Positions 18,321 through 28,521 of a DNA stretch of 64,000 nt are shown here, in pieces. The stretch is from an uncultured Pelagibacteraceae bacterium (lineage in GTDB: Bacteria > Pseudomonadota > Alphaproteobacteria > Pelagibacterales > Pelagibacteraceae). The notes beneath the pieces were generated by a model, which did no database searches, was not told where the DNA came from, and saw nothing but the letters and a program-made list of their open reading frames with translations. Each line of letters opens with the position of its first letter. The stretch's first letter is position 1. The translations under genes were made by a program, and so were the position numbers. The stretch spans positions 15,641 to 79,640 of the forward strand of contig CABYIV010000003.1 of NCBI GenBank assembly GCA_902519255.1, in the 5' to 3' direction.

Positions 18321-21220
18321 TTAACAGTTTCAAAAATTTTAAATAATAATTCTGAGACATGCTTACCTTTTTTTTCAGATAAATCAGATATTTGATGTCT
18401 ACAGCTCGTACCATTTGCAACTATAAAATCTTTTTCATCACTATTATTGATTGCGGGTATCAATGAAAGATTAGCCATTTTTTTTGATACTTCATAAGTC
18501 TTACTGTCATATCCAAATGAACCAGCCATTCCACAACAACTAGACTCTATCATTTTATTATTAATATTTAATTCTGATAAAAGATTAGTTAGACCCTTCA
18601 TTCTATCTTGTGATTTTTGATGACAGTGTCCGTGAATTAATACGTTTTGATCAAACTTATTAGCTTTAATATTATTGTTATTTCTTATTTGTTCTAAAAT
18701 AAATTCCTCGAGTAGATAAAATTTATTTTTAATTTGTTCTTTATTATTTACATTCTTTAAAGTCTGATACTCATCGTTAAATGTTAATAAACAGGATGGT
18801 TCTATTCCTACAACTGGTAAATCTACATAATTATTTTGTATAACGTAATCATTAAATCTATTTAGCTCTTCAGAAGCTTTGTCTAATTGACCGTAAGATA
18901 TATAAGTTCTGCCACAGCAAAGTGGTCTCTTTAATTTATCTTTACCAAAACTTGGTATAACTGCCTGGTAACCAAATTTATTTAGTACTTTAATTGCATA
19001 AACTAAATTTTCATTTTCAAAATTAATATTAAATGTATCTGCAAACAGAATTACTTTATTTTCTGATACTGTCTGACTGTCGTAAATCTCTCGTAATGCG
19101 TTCTGGTTTTGAACTTCAGGCATAGATCTTGCTGTTGCAAAGCCAAACTTTTCAACAATTGTTGAGATTAATGGTATATTTTTGATCTTATTGAATATAG
19201 GAGCAACAATCTTTAACAACCAAATAAGTCTTGGCATATCTGAGATGACCCTATCTTTAATTCGCATACTATATTTTTTATAATAATGAGAAAGAAACTC
19301 TGACTTCATCTTAGCCATATCAACCGACATAGGGCATTCTCTTTGACAAGCTTTACAGCTCACACATAACTCCATAGTTTCATACATTTCTTTTGATGCA
19401 AATGAACCCTCTGGAAGTTGATTAGATAACGCTAATCTTAAAGTGTTTGCTCTACCTCTGACTAAATCTTTTTCTTCTTTAGTTACTCTGTATGATGGAC
19501 ACATCACACCAGAATCTAATTTTCTACAAGCTCCGTTGTTATTACACATCTCAACAGCATCAGAGAATTGACCCCAATTAGACCAATCATAATGTGTATC
19601 TATATTTTCAGTTTGATAACCTGACTTATATCTCATTAAAGATCTATCATTTGATTTAAATGGACGAACAATTTTTCCAGGATTTAAAAGGTTTTTACTA
19701 TCGAATGTATCTTTTATTTCTTCAAATGCGTTTGTTATTTTTTTACCAAACATCATCTCATGGAATTCTGATCTAACAATTCCATCACCATGCTCACCAG
19801 AATGAGAACCTTTATAATCTTTAACCATTTCAAAAGCTTCTTCAGATATAGATCTCATGTTTTGTATATCTTTATCAGATTTCATATTTAAAACTGGTCT
19901 TACGTGAAGTGTTCCAACAGATGCGTGCGCATAAAACATTCCACTTGTCCCATATTTTTTAAATATTTCTTTTAATCTTGCTGTGTAGTCAGCTAAGTGA
20001 TCTAGTGAAACTGCACAATCTTCAATGAAGGCAACTGGTTTTTTATCACCTTTCATTGACATCAAAATATTCAATCCTGCTTTTCTTATTTCAAAAACTT
20101 CTTTCTGCTCAGATAGATCTGAATAATATGAAAACTGATTTTTTTTGTTTTGATTTAAAACTAAATATTCTAGATCCTTTATTTTCTTTTCATATACACT
20201 TTTCTCGGTATCTATAAATTCTACCATCAAAACAGCTTCAGGATTTCCTTTGATGTATTTTTTTATACCTCCAGCATACATTGGTATTTCTTTTGCTAAA
20301 TTTAATAAATTTTGGTCCATCAACTCAACGCAAGTTGGTTTTAATTTTACAATCTCTTTTGATAATTCCATTGCTTGATGGAAATTATCAAAGTAGCAGA
20401 CACCTAAAATTTTATTCTTTGGTATTTCTGATAATTTTAATTTTATTTTATTGAATAAAGACAAAGTTCCTTCAGAGCCAACAAGAAGATTTGACGAATT
20501 AAATCCTTCTGGATCAATTAAATCAATGTTATATCCTCCAACTCTTCTTTGTGTTGTTGGCCAGTTAGCATCAATTTCGCCTCCAACCTGCTGTCTTACA
20601 TCTATGAATTTATCTATAATTTTATAAAGTCTGTCTTGATTATTCTTCGTTGCTAAATAATTCTTATTTATCTGGTCAAAATTAAATATAGAGCCATCAT
20701 CTAATATTGCTTCAATTGCTAATACGTTATGAACCATGTTCCCATAATACAAAGATCTTGATCCACAGGAATTGTTAGCTGACATTCCTCCAATTGTTGC
20801 TCTACTACTTGTTGAAACGTCTACTGGAAACCAAAGTCCATGAGGCTTCAAATAAGCATTTAGATGATCTAACACGACACCTGGTTGAACCCATACATAT
20901 TTTTCTTCAACGTTAAGTTCTAAAATTTTATTTTGATGTTTGCTGTAATCTAACACAACGCTCTCTCCGACAGTCTGACCACACTGAGAACTTCCACCAC
21001 CTCTAGCTAATAGAGGAACGGAATTCTTTTGCGAATATTCCATTAAACTTAATACATCATTGGTATCTTTTGGAAGAACTACACCAAGAGGTTTAATTTG
21101 ATATACAGAAGCATCTGTACTGTATCTTCCTCGTGAGAATTCATCGAATAAAGTTTTTCCATCAACTTTACTTCTAATTTCTTTACCAATCTTTTGTATC
21201 TGATCTGAATTAAACCGCAT
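18317..21220 (-). CDS. FAD-linked and Fe-S 2-hydroxyacid oxidoreductase (GlcD/GlcF-type fusion, YdiJ-like)
   Basis: ARGGGSSQCGQ, GSEGTL, SGEHGDG, CNNNGAC, CVSCKAC...CP, CCG motifs. Confidence 0.88.
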   Translation of the reverse strand: MRFNSDQIQKIGKEIRSKVDGKTLFDEFSRGRYSTDASVYQIKPLGVVLPKDTNDVLSLMEYSQKNSVPLLARGGGSSQCGQTVGESVVLDYSKHQNKILELNVEEKYVWVQPGVVLDHLNAYLKPHGLWFPVDVSTSSRATIGGMSANNSCGSRSLYYGNMVHNVLAIEAILDDGSIFNFDQINKNYLATKNNQDRLYKIIDKFIDVRQQVGGEIDANWPTTQRRVGGYNIDLIDPEGFNSSNLLVGSEGTLSLFNKIKLKLSEIPKNKILGVCYFDNFHQAMELSKEIVKLKPTCVELMDQNLLNLAKEIPMYAGGIKKYIKGNPEAVLMVEFIDTEKSVYEKKIKDLEYLVLNQNKKNQFSYYSDLSEQKEVFEIRKAGLNILMSMKGDKKPVAFIEDCAVSLDHLADYTARLKEIFKKYGTSGMFYAHASVGTLHVRPVLNMKSDKDIQNMRSISEEAFEMVKDYKGSHSGEHGDGIVRSEFHEMMFGKKITNAFEEIKDTFDSKNLLNPGKIVRPFKSNDRSLMRYKSGYQTENIDTHYDWSNWGQFSDAVEMCNNNGACRKLDSGVMCPSYRVTKEEKDLVRGRANTLRLALSNQLPEGSFASKEMYETMELCVSCKACQRECPMSVDMAKMKSEFLSHYYKKYSMRIKDRVISDMPRLIWLLKIVAPIFNKIKNIPLISTIVEKFGFATARSMPEVQNQNALREIYDSQTVSENKVILFADTFNINFENENLVYAIKVLNKFGYQAVIPSFGKDKLKRPLCCGRTYISYGQLDKASEELNRFNDYVIQNNYVDLPVVGIEPSCLLTFNDEYQTLKNVNNKEQIKNKFYLLEEFILEQIRNNNNIKANKFDQNVLIHGHCHQKSQDRMKGLTNLLSELNINNKMIESSCCGMAGSFGYDSKTYEVSKKMANLSLIPAINNSDEKDFIVANGTSCRHQISDLSEKKGKHVSELLFKIFETVN

Positions 21221-21237
21221 AAAACTTAATTAAAGGT

Positions 21238-22392
21238 TTATTTATTTTTGTAAACCAGTTTACCGAACTTTTTTAACGCGGCTTCTGAAATCTCTAAACC
21301 TAAACCAGGTTTTTCATTTAAATGTATCCATCCATCACTCATTTTGTGTGGATTTTCAAATAATTGAGCCTGCAAAGGATCTCTTTCATCATCAAATGAC
21401 TCAACAATTCTTCCTGCTGGAGTTGATGCTACTAATGGTGCATGGATATAACAATCATGATGTGGTGCTACATCAATATGGTTTAATTCGCATAAAGCTG
21501 AAAGTTTTTTTCCATTAGTAAACCCACCAAACATTGTGCAATCAAATTGCAAAATTTGTATTGCATCTTCTTCAATCATGGACCTACATCCAAAAATAGT
21601 TATTTCACTTTCACCACCTGATAATGGAATTTTAGTTTGTTTTGATAAAAGTTTTAAAGTCCTTCTATCATCTTCCCATCTAACAGGTTCTTCAATCCAT
21701 GTCGGATTAAATCTTTCAAATTCTTTTACTCCTTCAATTGCTGTTTTTAGATCCCATGCTCTATTGACATCAATCATTAAAGCTTTTTGATCTCCAATTT
21801 CATCTCTAATGATTTCTAATCTCTTAGCATCTTCTTTGATACTAAGTCCCCCAACTTTAACTTTAAAACTTTGATGACCAATATTTACTAATTTTTTAAT
21901 TTCATCTCTTAGTTCTTTTTCATCTTTACCATCTTTGTAGTAAGCACATGTAACATAAACAGGAATTTTATTTCTGTATCCTCCAAACAATTTATACAAT
22001 GGGATATTTGAGGCTTTTCCTATCAAATCCCAACAAGCAATATCTAAAGCTGCTGAAATTCTGATTAATGCTTCTCTACTCCAACCTTTTTCGCTACTGG
22101 TTCGAGTATCAGTTAATTTGAAAATTTTTTCATAAATTTTTTCAGGGCAAAATGGATCTTCTCCAATTATTAAATCTTGTAATCCATTTTGAAATGGTTT
22201 GATGATAGGAGCAATATCAGTGTAGCTTGTTGCTAAACCAAAGCCTGAATGACCATCTTTAGTTTTAATTTTAATTAAGAGTTCATTAGCTGTTGGTACA
22301 ATAAAGTGACTAACCCAATGTGGTTTTACTTCATCTGGATTATTAAGAACATAAACCTCTAAGCTATCAATTAAATTACTACTATTTGTCAT
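21238..22392 (-). CDS. Enolase superfamily, mandelate racemase subgroup (acid dehydratase/racemase)
   Basis: KVK, MIDVN, WIEEP, GGE, VAPH, KPGLG. Confidence 0.88.
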   Translation of the reverse strand: MTNSSNLIDSLEVYVLNNPDEVKPHWVSHFIVPTANELLIKIKTKDGHSGFGLATSYTDIAPIIKPFQNGLQDLIIGEDPFCPEKIYEKIFKLTDTRTSSEKGWSREALIRISAALDIACWDLIGKASNIPLYKLFGGYRNKIPVYVTCAYYKDGKDEKELRDEIKKLVNIGHQSFKVKVGGLSIKEDAKRLEIIRDEIGDQKALMIDVNRAWDLKTAIEGVKEFERFNPTWIEEPVRWEDDRRTLKLLSKQTKIPLSGGESEITIFGCRSMIEEDAIQILQFDCTMFGGFTNGKKLSALCELNHIDVAPHHDCYIHAPLVASTPAGRIVESFDDERDPLQAQLFENPHKMSDGWIHLNEKPGLGLEISEAALKKFGKLVYKNK

Positions 22393-22437
22393 ACATTATA
22401 AATTTGCTTATATAATTCCTTTAGCATATACAGCGGT

Positions 22438-23610
22438 ATGGCAATTTCAAATAATATAAGACCTGGTCGACATTTTTTACAAATTCCAGGACCAACAAAC
22501 GTTCCAGATAGAGTTTTAAGAGCTATGGATTATCCTACTATAGATCATAGAGGACCTGACTTTGCTGAACTAGGATTAAGAGTTTTAGACCGAATAAAAT
22601 TAATTTTTAAAACTTCTGAACCTGTAATAATTTTCCCAGCTTCAGGAACAGGTGCTTGGGAAGCTGCACTTGTAAACACTTTAAGTGCTGGCGATAAAAT
22701 CTTGATGTTTGAAACTGGACATTTTTCAACTCTTTGGTGGGATATTGCTCAAAAATTTAAAATTGAAGTAGACTTTGTTGAAGGTGATTGGAGAACAGGT
22801 GTTGATCCAAACATCGTTGAACAAAAACTAAAAGAGGACAAAGATAAAAAAATTAAAGCAGTTTGTGCTGTACATAATGAAACCTCTACTGGTGTTACAA
22901 GTAGAATTGGAGAAATTAGAAAAGCTATGGATAATGCGGAACATCCAGCTTTATTATTTGTTGATACGATATCTTCATTAGGCTCTATTGATTATAGACA
23001 TGAAGAGTGGAAAGTTGATGTAACTGTCGGTGGTTCACAAAAAGGATTACTATTACCACCAGGACTTTCTTTCAATGCAATAAGTTCTAAAGCTTTAGAG
23101 GCATATAAAACATCTGAATTACCAAAATCGTATTGGGATTGGGGACCTATGTTAGAAAATAATAAGAAAGGTTACTTTCCTTATACACCAGCAACAAATT
23201 TATTTTATGGTTTAGATGAAGCAATTAATATGCTTACAGAAGAAGGTTTGGATAATGTTTTCAAAAGACACAAAAGATTTGCAGAAGCCACAAGAGTTGC
23301 GGTTAATTCGTGGGGATTAGAAATACTTTGTAAAAATCCAGAAGAATACTCAGACTCATTAACAGCTGTAATGGTTCCAGATGGTCATGATGCTGATTTT
23401 TTAAGAAAAACTATTTTAGATCATTACAACATGTCATTAGGAACAGGACTTGCAAAAGTTGCTGGTAAAATTTTTAGAATTGGTCACTTGGGTGATTTTA
23501 ACGAACTCATGTTAGCTGGAACATTGGCAGGTGTTGAAATGGGTCTAATGAAATCTAAAATACCTTATAAAAAAGGTGGAATACTTAAGGCTTTAGAATA
23601 CCTCTGTTAG
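22438..23610 (+). CDS. Serine/alanine-glyoxylate aminotransferase (class V)
   Basis: GRHFLQIPGPTNVPDRV, HNETSTG, GSQKG, FRIGHLG. Confidence 0.88.
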   Translation: MAISNNIRPGRHFLQIPGPTNVPDRVLRAMDYPTIDHRGPDFAELGLRVLDRIKLIFKTSEPVIIFPASGTGAWEAALVNTLSAGDKILMFETGHFSTLWWDIAQKFKIEVDFVEGDWRTGVDPNIVEQKLKEDKDKKIKAVCAVHNETSTGVTSRIGEIRKAMDNAEHPALLFVDTISSLGSIDYRHEEWKVDVTVGGSQKGLLLPPGLSFNAISSKALEAYKTSELPKSYWDWGPMLENNKKGYFPYTPATNLFYGLDEAINMLTEEGLDNVFKRHKRFAEATRVAVNSWGLEILCKNPEEYSDSLTAVMVPDGHDADFLRKTILDHYNMSLGTGLAKVAGKIFRIGHLGDFNELMLAGTLAGVEMGLMKSKIPYKKGGILKALEYLC

Positions 23611-23666
23611 TTGAATTTTTAAAATAGTTTAAACTTTCAAAAAGAAATACTATTATATTTCGAAAT

Positions 23667-24464
23667 ATGAAAATTTTTAAATTTCTACTGACAATAATTT
23701 TTTATTTTCTATTCTTAACAAATTCAAATGCATTTAAGGCAGGAAATGGCGATCTATACTTGTCAGATTACGCTATCGAAAGATTTATAGAATACATAAG
23801 ATTAAAAGGAGGAAAGAAGCCTTATATTTTTGTTGTAGATCATGGTGGTAATGTATCAAATTATTATTTTTGCCCCCAAGGTAGATGTCAAGGAGGAGAG
23901 GGAGCTGCTATTCAAGAATGTGAAACTTGGTCAAAACAATATGCTAATGGAGATAAATGTAGTTTATTTGCTAGATATAGAACAATCAAATGGACAAACG
24001 GAATAAATAAAGGGAAAGGAAAACTATCTAAAATAAGTAGTAAACTTTCTGATGAAGAAATTATTAATAGATTATATGAACTAGGTTTTTTAGGAAATTC
24101 AACAAGCCAGACAGTTACAAGTAATCAAGAAACAACAAAAAAAACTAACGATGGATATGAACTATCTGGAAAAAGATCAATTGCGTTAAACTGGCAGAAT
24201 TATAGTGATTTAATAGCTGGAACCATTGAGTTTGATGAAAAAAATTACTCAGGCAAAATAAATCTTCCATTACCTAACAAAGATGGAAATTGTTCAGGCT
24301 CATATAGCTTGCAAAAAAATGGTAAAGGTACATGGCAAATCTCTTGTACAAATGATATGGGAGCAGCAGGTACCTTGAAATGGATTAAAGATGGTGGAGT
24401 AACGGGCCAAGGAAGAGATTATAAGGACAATAAAGTTAAGTTTACAGTATCATCTCAAGGTTAA
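23667..24464 (+). CDS. Secreted hypothetical protein, apparently two domains
   Basis: Signal peptide, Cys pairs, Thr/Ser-rich linker before a beta-rich C-terminal part. Confidence 0.7.
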   Translation: MKIFKFLLTIIFYFLFLTNSNAFKAGNGDLYLSDYAIERFIEYIRLKGGKKPYIFVVDHGGNVSNYYFCPQGRCQGGEGAAIQECETWSKQYANGDKCSLFARYRTIKWTNGINKGKGKLSKISSKLSDEEIINRLYELGFLGNSTSQTVTSNQETTKKTNDGYELSGKRSIALNWQNYSDLIAGTIEFDEKNYSGKINLPLPNKDGNCSGSYSLQKNGKGTWQISCTNDMGAAGTLKWIKDGGVTGQGRDYKDNKVKFTVSSQG

Positions 24465-24477
24465 AATTTTAAATAGA

Positions 24478-25443
24478 ATGCTTGATTTTTGTGTCATAGG
24501 ATCAGGAATTTCTGGTTCAACTATCGCAAACTTACTGAATAAAAAATACACCGTTGCAGTTTATGATAAAGCAAGGGGTTTTGGTGGCAGAAGCTCTTTT
24601 AAAAAATACAAAGATAAAGTTGGATTTGATCATGGACTGCAATATATATCTCCAAAATCTACAAAATTTAAAACCTTTACCAATAAACTTATTAAAAAAA
24701 GAGTTTTAAAAAAGTGGGGTGGCAAACACCTATTTCTTCATAAAACAGTTAAAGAAATTAAAAATCATTTAAAATTAATTGGAACAAAAGGAAATAACTC
24801 TATTAGCAAACATTTATTAAAGAAGATTAAATGTAATTTTGAATATGAGCTTATAAATATAAAGAGATTAAATGATCATTGGGAATTAACATTTAAAAAT
24901 GATGTAAAACAAAAATGTAAAAATCTTATTTTGACCTGTCCATTTCCACAAAGTAAGAAATTAGGACAAAAATACTTAAACAAATCTTATTTAAATCAAA
25001 AAGTTAAAATGGATGCTAATTTAACAGTCATGATTGTTATAAATAAGCTTAAACAATCAAATAGTAGCTATTTTTTTAATGATGAAATGTTAGGTTGGGC
25101 TGCATACGAAAATAGCAAGAAAAGATTTAACTATAAGCATGATTTATGGACACTTCAAAGCACATACAAATATGGCAATAAATTCACGAAAGATTATAGA
25201 AATAAAAGAAAATACTATACCAATCAGCTTGTTAAAAAATTTGAAAAATTAACAAAGTTAAAAATCAAAAAAATTTATCACTCAAGAATTCATGGCTGGT
25301 TGTATTCATCAAATTCAAAGCCATTTAAACAATTATCTTTATGGAATAAGTCTTTAAAATTAGGTTTGTGTGGTGATTATTTTGGAGGTCCAAGATTAGA
25401 AAATGGATGGTTAAGTGCACAAGACTTATTTAAAAAAATATAA
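24478..25443 (+). CDS. NAD/FAD-dependent oxidoreductase, renalase-like
   Basis: VIGSGISG, DKARGFGGR, FDHGLQY, C-terminal CGDYFGGPRLENGWLS. Confidence 0.8.
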   Translation: MLDFCVIGSGISGSTIANLLNKKYTVAVYDKARGFGGRSSFKKYKDKVGFDHGLQYISPKSTKFKTFTNKLIKKRVLKKWGGKHLFLHKTVKEIKNHLKLIGTKGNNSISKHLLKKIKCNFEYELINIKRLNDHWELTFKNDVKQKCKNLILTCPFPQSKKLGQKYLNKSYLNQKVKMDANLTVMIVINKLKQSNSSYFFNDEMLGWAAYENSKKRFNYKHDLWTLQSTYKYGNKFTKDYRNKRKYYTNQLVKKFEKLTKLKIKKIYHSRIHGWLYSSNSKPFKQLSLWNKSLKLGLCGDYFGGPRLENGWLSAQDLFKKI

Positions 25444-25455
25444 TATGCTATATTT

Positions 25456-25998
25456 ATGAAACAAAATGGTTTCACCTTAATCGAACTTTTAGTTGTTGTA
25501 GCAATAATTGGAATATTGGCAGCAGTAGGAGTGGTTGCTTATAATGGATACACATCAGCTGCCAAAAAAAAAGTTGTGTGGTCGAATCATGCAAAATTTA
25601 TTAAATGGGTAAATACCACTTATATGAAATGCGTGATTGACCAAACAGATAAAATTGAATTAGCACAAGGTGGAAAATCTGACGGCAATGGAGGTTTTAC
25701 AAATTTTAGTCCAATACAAACATCCTGCTCAGATATTTTTAATAGTAGATACACATCACATACAAACAATATTTGGAAGTATTGGTATTATCAAGTTGGT
25801 TCAAGAAATCCATTTGGAGTTAAAGTTAATGGTAATATGGGCATAGGACATGGTCTTACAGAGAGCTGGATGAATTCACATAAAACTAAAGCAGCAGGTT
25901 ATAATGATTATGTATGTAATTCTGCAACTGATTGTGTTCTTTGTGGTTGTGATGGAGAAGTAGTTAAATGTACAAAATTTAGTTTAGATTTGAGGTAA
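25456..25998 (+). CDS. Type IV pilin-like protein (class III signal peptide)
   Basis: G|FTLIELLVVVAIIGILAAVG, Cys-rich C-terminus. Confidence 0.9.
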   Translation: MKQNGFTLIELLVVVAIIGILAAVGVVAYNGYTSAAKKKVVWSNHAKFIKWVNTTYMKCVIDQTDKIELAQGGKSDGNGGFTNFSPIQTSCSDIFNSRYTSHTNNIWKYWYYQVGSRNPFGVKVNGNMGIGHGLTESWMNSHKTKAAGYNDYVCNSATDCVLCGCDGEVVKCTKFSLDLR

Positions 25999-26007
25999 TT
26001 AATTTAA

Positions 26008-26466
26008 ATGAAAATTATATTCTCGATAGTAATTTTATTTTTTTCATCATCCATTAGCTATTCAAAAAATACGGATATCATCCATGATTTTAAAATGACT
26101 TTTGATTGTAAATTAGAAAAAATAATGATCAAAAATAAAGATTTTAATTATCAAACTTTTACCGCAGACAATATTGAAGTTGATAAAAAAAAAGTATTAA
26201 AAGTTGTAGCAGCACAACCAAGTGTATTAACAATTAATGGTTTATCAGAATTTATCGATACTTACTCAGATATTAGTAAAGATGATGTCAGAATTGCTAA
26301 AAACGACACAATTTTATTTAAAAATATAGATAAAGAAAAAAAATACTCAGAGTCAGTATTTTTAAATAGATCAACTGGTGAATTGATTCATGAAGTTACA
26401 AAAAATATGAATACTAAAGATAATGAAAAATATATTTCTTTCTTTGGTTGCACTAAAGAATTGTGA
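26008..26466 (+). CDS. Secreted hypothetical protein
   Basis: Signal peptide, one N-proximal and one C-terminal Cys, LNRSTGEL motif. Confidence 0.65.
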   Translation: MKIIFSIVILFFSSSISYSKNTDIIHDFKMTFDCKLEKIMIKNKDFNYQTFTADNIEVDKKKVLKVVAAQPSVLTINGLSEFIDTYSDISKDDVRIAKNDTILFKNIDKEKKYSESVFLNRSTGELIHEVTKNMNTKDNEKYISFFGCTKEL

Positions 26467-26471
26467 AAATA

Positions 26472-27380
26472 TTAAGTATTAATATTTAATTCTTTAGCAG
26501 CTATTTGTTTTTTTAATTTAGTTTCTCTATAAGTAATAATTAATATCCCAACAAATATAATAAATGCACCTAACCAAGTATATTTATCAGGAATATCTCC
26601 AAAAATGTAAAAACCAAGTATAGATGAAAATATTAAACCTAAAAATGTATAAGGTTGTGTCATTGTTACATCAACCAATCTGTAAGCATTATTAATACAT
26701 AGATGGAATATAGCTCCACTTAAAGCTGATAAAAATATAAATCCTAATGTTTTAATAGATGGTGCTTGCCAATAAAATATTGCTAACACTGACATGAAAA
26801 TTATCATAATAACATACTGGTAAGCTAGAATGGTTACAGCACTATCGTCTGCAGACATTTTTTTAGTAATTACAATAACGGTCGACCAAAAGAAGCATGA
26901 GCAGAGGGCCATTGAAACACCTATTGATATATCAATAAATCCTGGTCTAATTATTATTAACATACCAACAAATCCAAAAATCAAAGCAATTGTTCTGTAA
27001 ATGTAAATTTTCTCTTTCAAAAAAATTACAGCTAATATTGTGACAATAAATGGCACAATAAATTGAATAGCAGTAAATTTTTCAATCGGAATAAAAGATA
27101 TAGATCCAAAACCTAATAACATTGCTGGTAGATTTATACTTGATCGAACAAAATGTAATTTTAAGTTTTTAGTTTTAAATATGGAAAAGTTTGACTTTAT
27201 TATTATTGGTGAAATTATTATCAATCCAAAAATATAACTAATTATTGCTACAGTAAAAATATTTACCTCTAATTGTGCTAATTTAAAAGAAGCAATCATA
27301 GTACTAGTAAAGAAGACAGATAATATTATTAAAATAACTGCGTAAGTTTTTTTATTCATAATATCTGTTTTATAGGACAA
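26472..27380 (-). CDS. DMT/EamA family transporter
   Basis: About 10 TM, FLKEKI, IIIRPG. Confidence 0.85.
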   Translation of the reverse strand: MSYKTDIMNKKTYAVILIILSVFFTSTMIASFKLAQLEVNIFTVAIISYIFGLIIISPIIIKSNFSIFKTKNLKLHFVRSSINLPAMLLGFGSISFIPIEKFTAIQFIVPFIVTILAVIFLKEKIYIYRTIALIFGFVGMLIIIRPGFIDISIGVSMALCSCFFWSTVIVITKKMSADDSAVTILAYQYVIMIIFMSVLAIFYWQAPSIKTLGFIFLSALSGAIFHLCINNAYRLVDVTMTQPYTFLGLIFSSILGFYIFGDIPDKYTWLGAFIIFVGILIITYRETKLKKQIAAKELNINT

Positions 27381-28521
27381 CCAAGTCTAATTTCTGCTTA
27401 CCTAATCTTTCATGCCCTTTTTCAGTAACAATATATGTTTCACCTAAGTTCATGGCTAATTGATTTTCAGAGTCCATCAATATCATATGTATAAAGAATA
27501 CATTTCCTGGCTGAATCACATATGGATTTCCTGTGTATAACATTGGCCAATCCATCCAGTTTGGAGAAAATGTTGCTCCTAATGAGTAGCCACATGCATT
27601 CATTCTTGAATTTTTAAAACCATGATCATCAAAAGTTTTTGCATGAACATCAAAAACTTCTCCAATTTTATTACCAGGCTTTAATTTCTTTTCACAATTT
27701 GTAAGAGCTTCAACACAAGCTTCATGCATTTTATAATGTTTCGGATCTGCTTTTCCTATTGGTATTGTTCTAAACATCGCTGAATGATAGTGCCTATAGG
27801 TTCCAGCCCATTCGATGGTTAACTGATCTTGATTATTAAGTATTTGTTTTTCTGCTTGATAACGACAGAGTAGGGCATTCTTTCCAGATCCAATTATAAA
27901 TTCATTTGCAGGATAGTCTCCACCTCCTTCAAATATAACTCTATTCATTTCAGCTAAAATTTTTGACTCACTTACCCCTGCTTTTGCATACTTCCAAACT
28001 TCATCCAAAGCCTTGTCAGCTAAATTTGCTGCTTTTTTAACATAACTAATTTCTTCATCAGATTTAATTACTCTTAGTTTTGTAATTAGTTCTGATTTAT
28101 CTTCAATTGAGCAATAGTTTTGTAATACTGTGTTAAGTCTTAATGCATTTCTTCCTGTAAGACCGTATGCTTCATATTCGACACCAATTTTTTTTCCTTT
28201 TAAATTTAAATCATCTAAAATTATTTTGAGATCATCAGCAGGATTGGCACTATCTTTATCAACCCAAATTCTTATATCACTTATATTGGATGTGTTTTGA
28301 GCTTGTCTTAAATCGGGAGCTCTGGTTAATAATATTACATTGCCTTTTTGATCTAAAACTAACGCTTGAAAAAAAACATATCCGAAAGTGTCGTAACCAG
28401 TGAGCCAATACATAGACTCTTGTCTAAACATAATAAGAGCATCTACACCCTCATTTTTCATAGAGTTCAGTGTCTTTTCTATTCTATTTGAGAATTCTTC
28501 TTTACTAAAATGAAGACCCAT
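27370..28521 (-). CDS. M24-fold hydrolase (Xaa-Pro peptidase/creatinase/ectoine hydrolase-like)
   Basis: YWLTGYD, LRVIKSDEEI, YHSAMFRT, CGYSLG, LGET. Confidence 0.82.
   Translation of the reverse strand: MGLHFSKEEFSNRIEKTLNSMKNEGVDALIMFRQESMYWLTGYDTFGYVFFQALVLDQKGNVILLTRAPDLRQAQNTSNISDIRIWVDKDSANPADDLKIILDDLNLKGKKIGVEYEAYGLTGRNALRLNTVLQNYCSIEDKSELITKLRVIKSDEEISYVKKAANLADKALDEVWKYAKAGVSESKILAEMNRVIFEGGGDYPANEFIIGSGKNALLCRYQAEKQILNNQDQLTIEWAGTYRHYHSAMFRTIPIGKADPKHYKMHEACVEALTNCEKKLKPGNKIGEVFDVHAKTFDDHGFKNSRMNACGYSLGATFSPNWMDWPMLYTGNPYVIQPGNVFFIHMILMDSENQLAMNLGETYIVTEKGHERLGKQKLDLVVL

Noticed and set aside
9498-25998. Diversity-generating retroelement, shufflon or silent pilS-type cassettes for the pilins
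   Set aside because: No reverse transcriptase or recombinase, no TR/VR pair, and all three pilins have complete N-termini.
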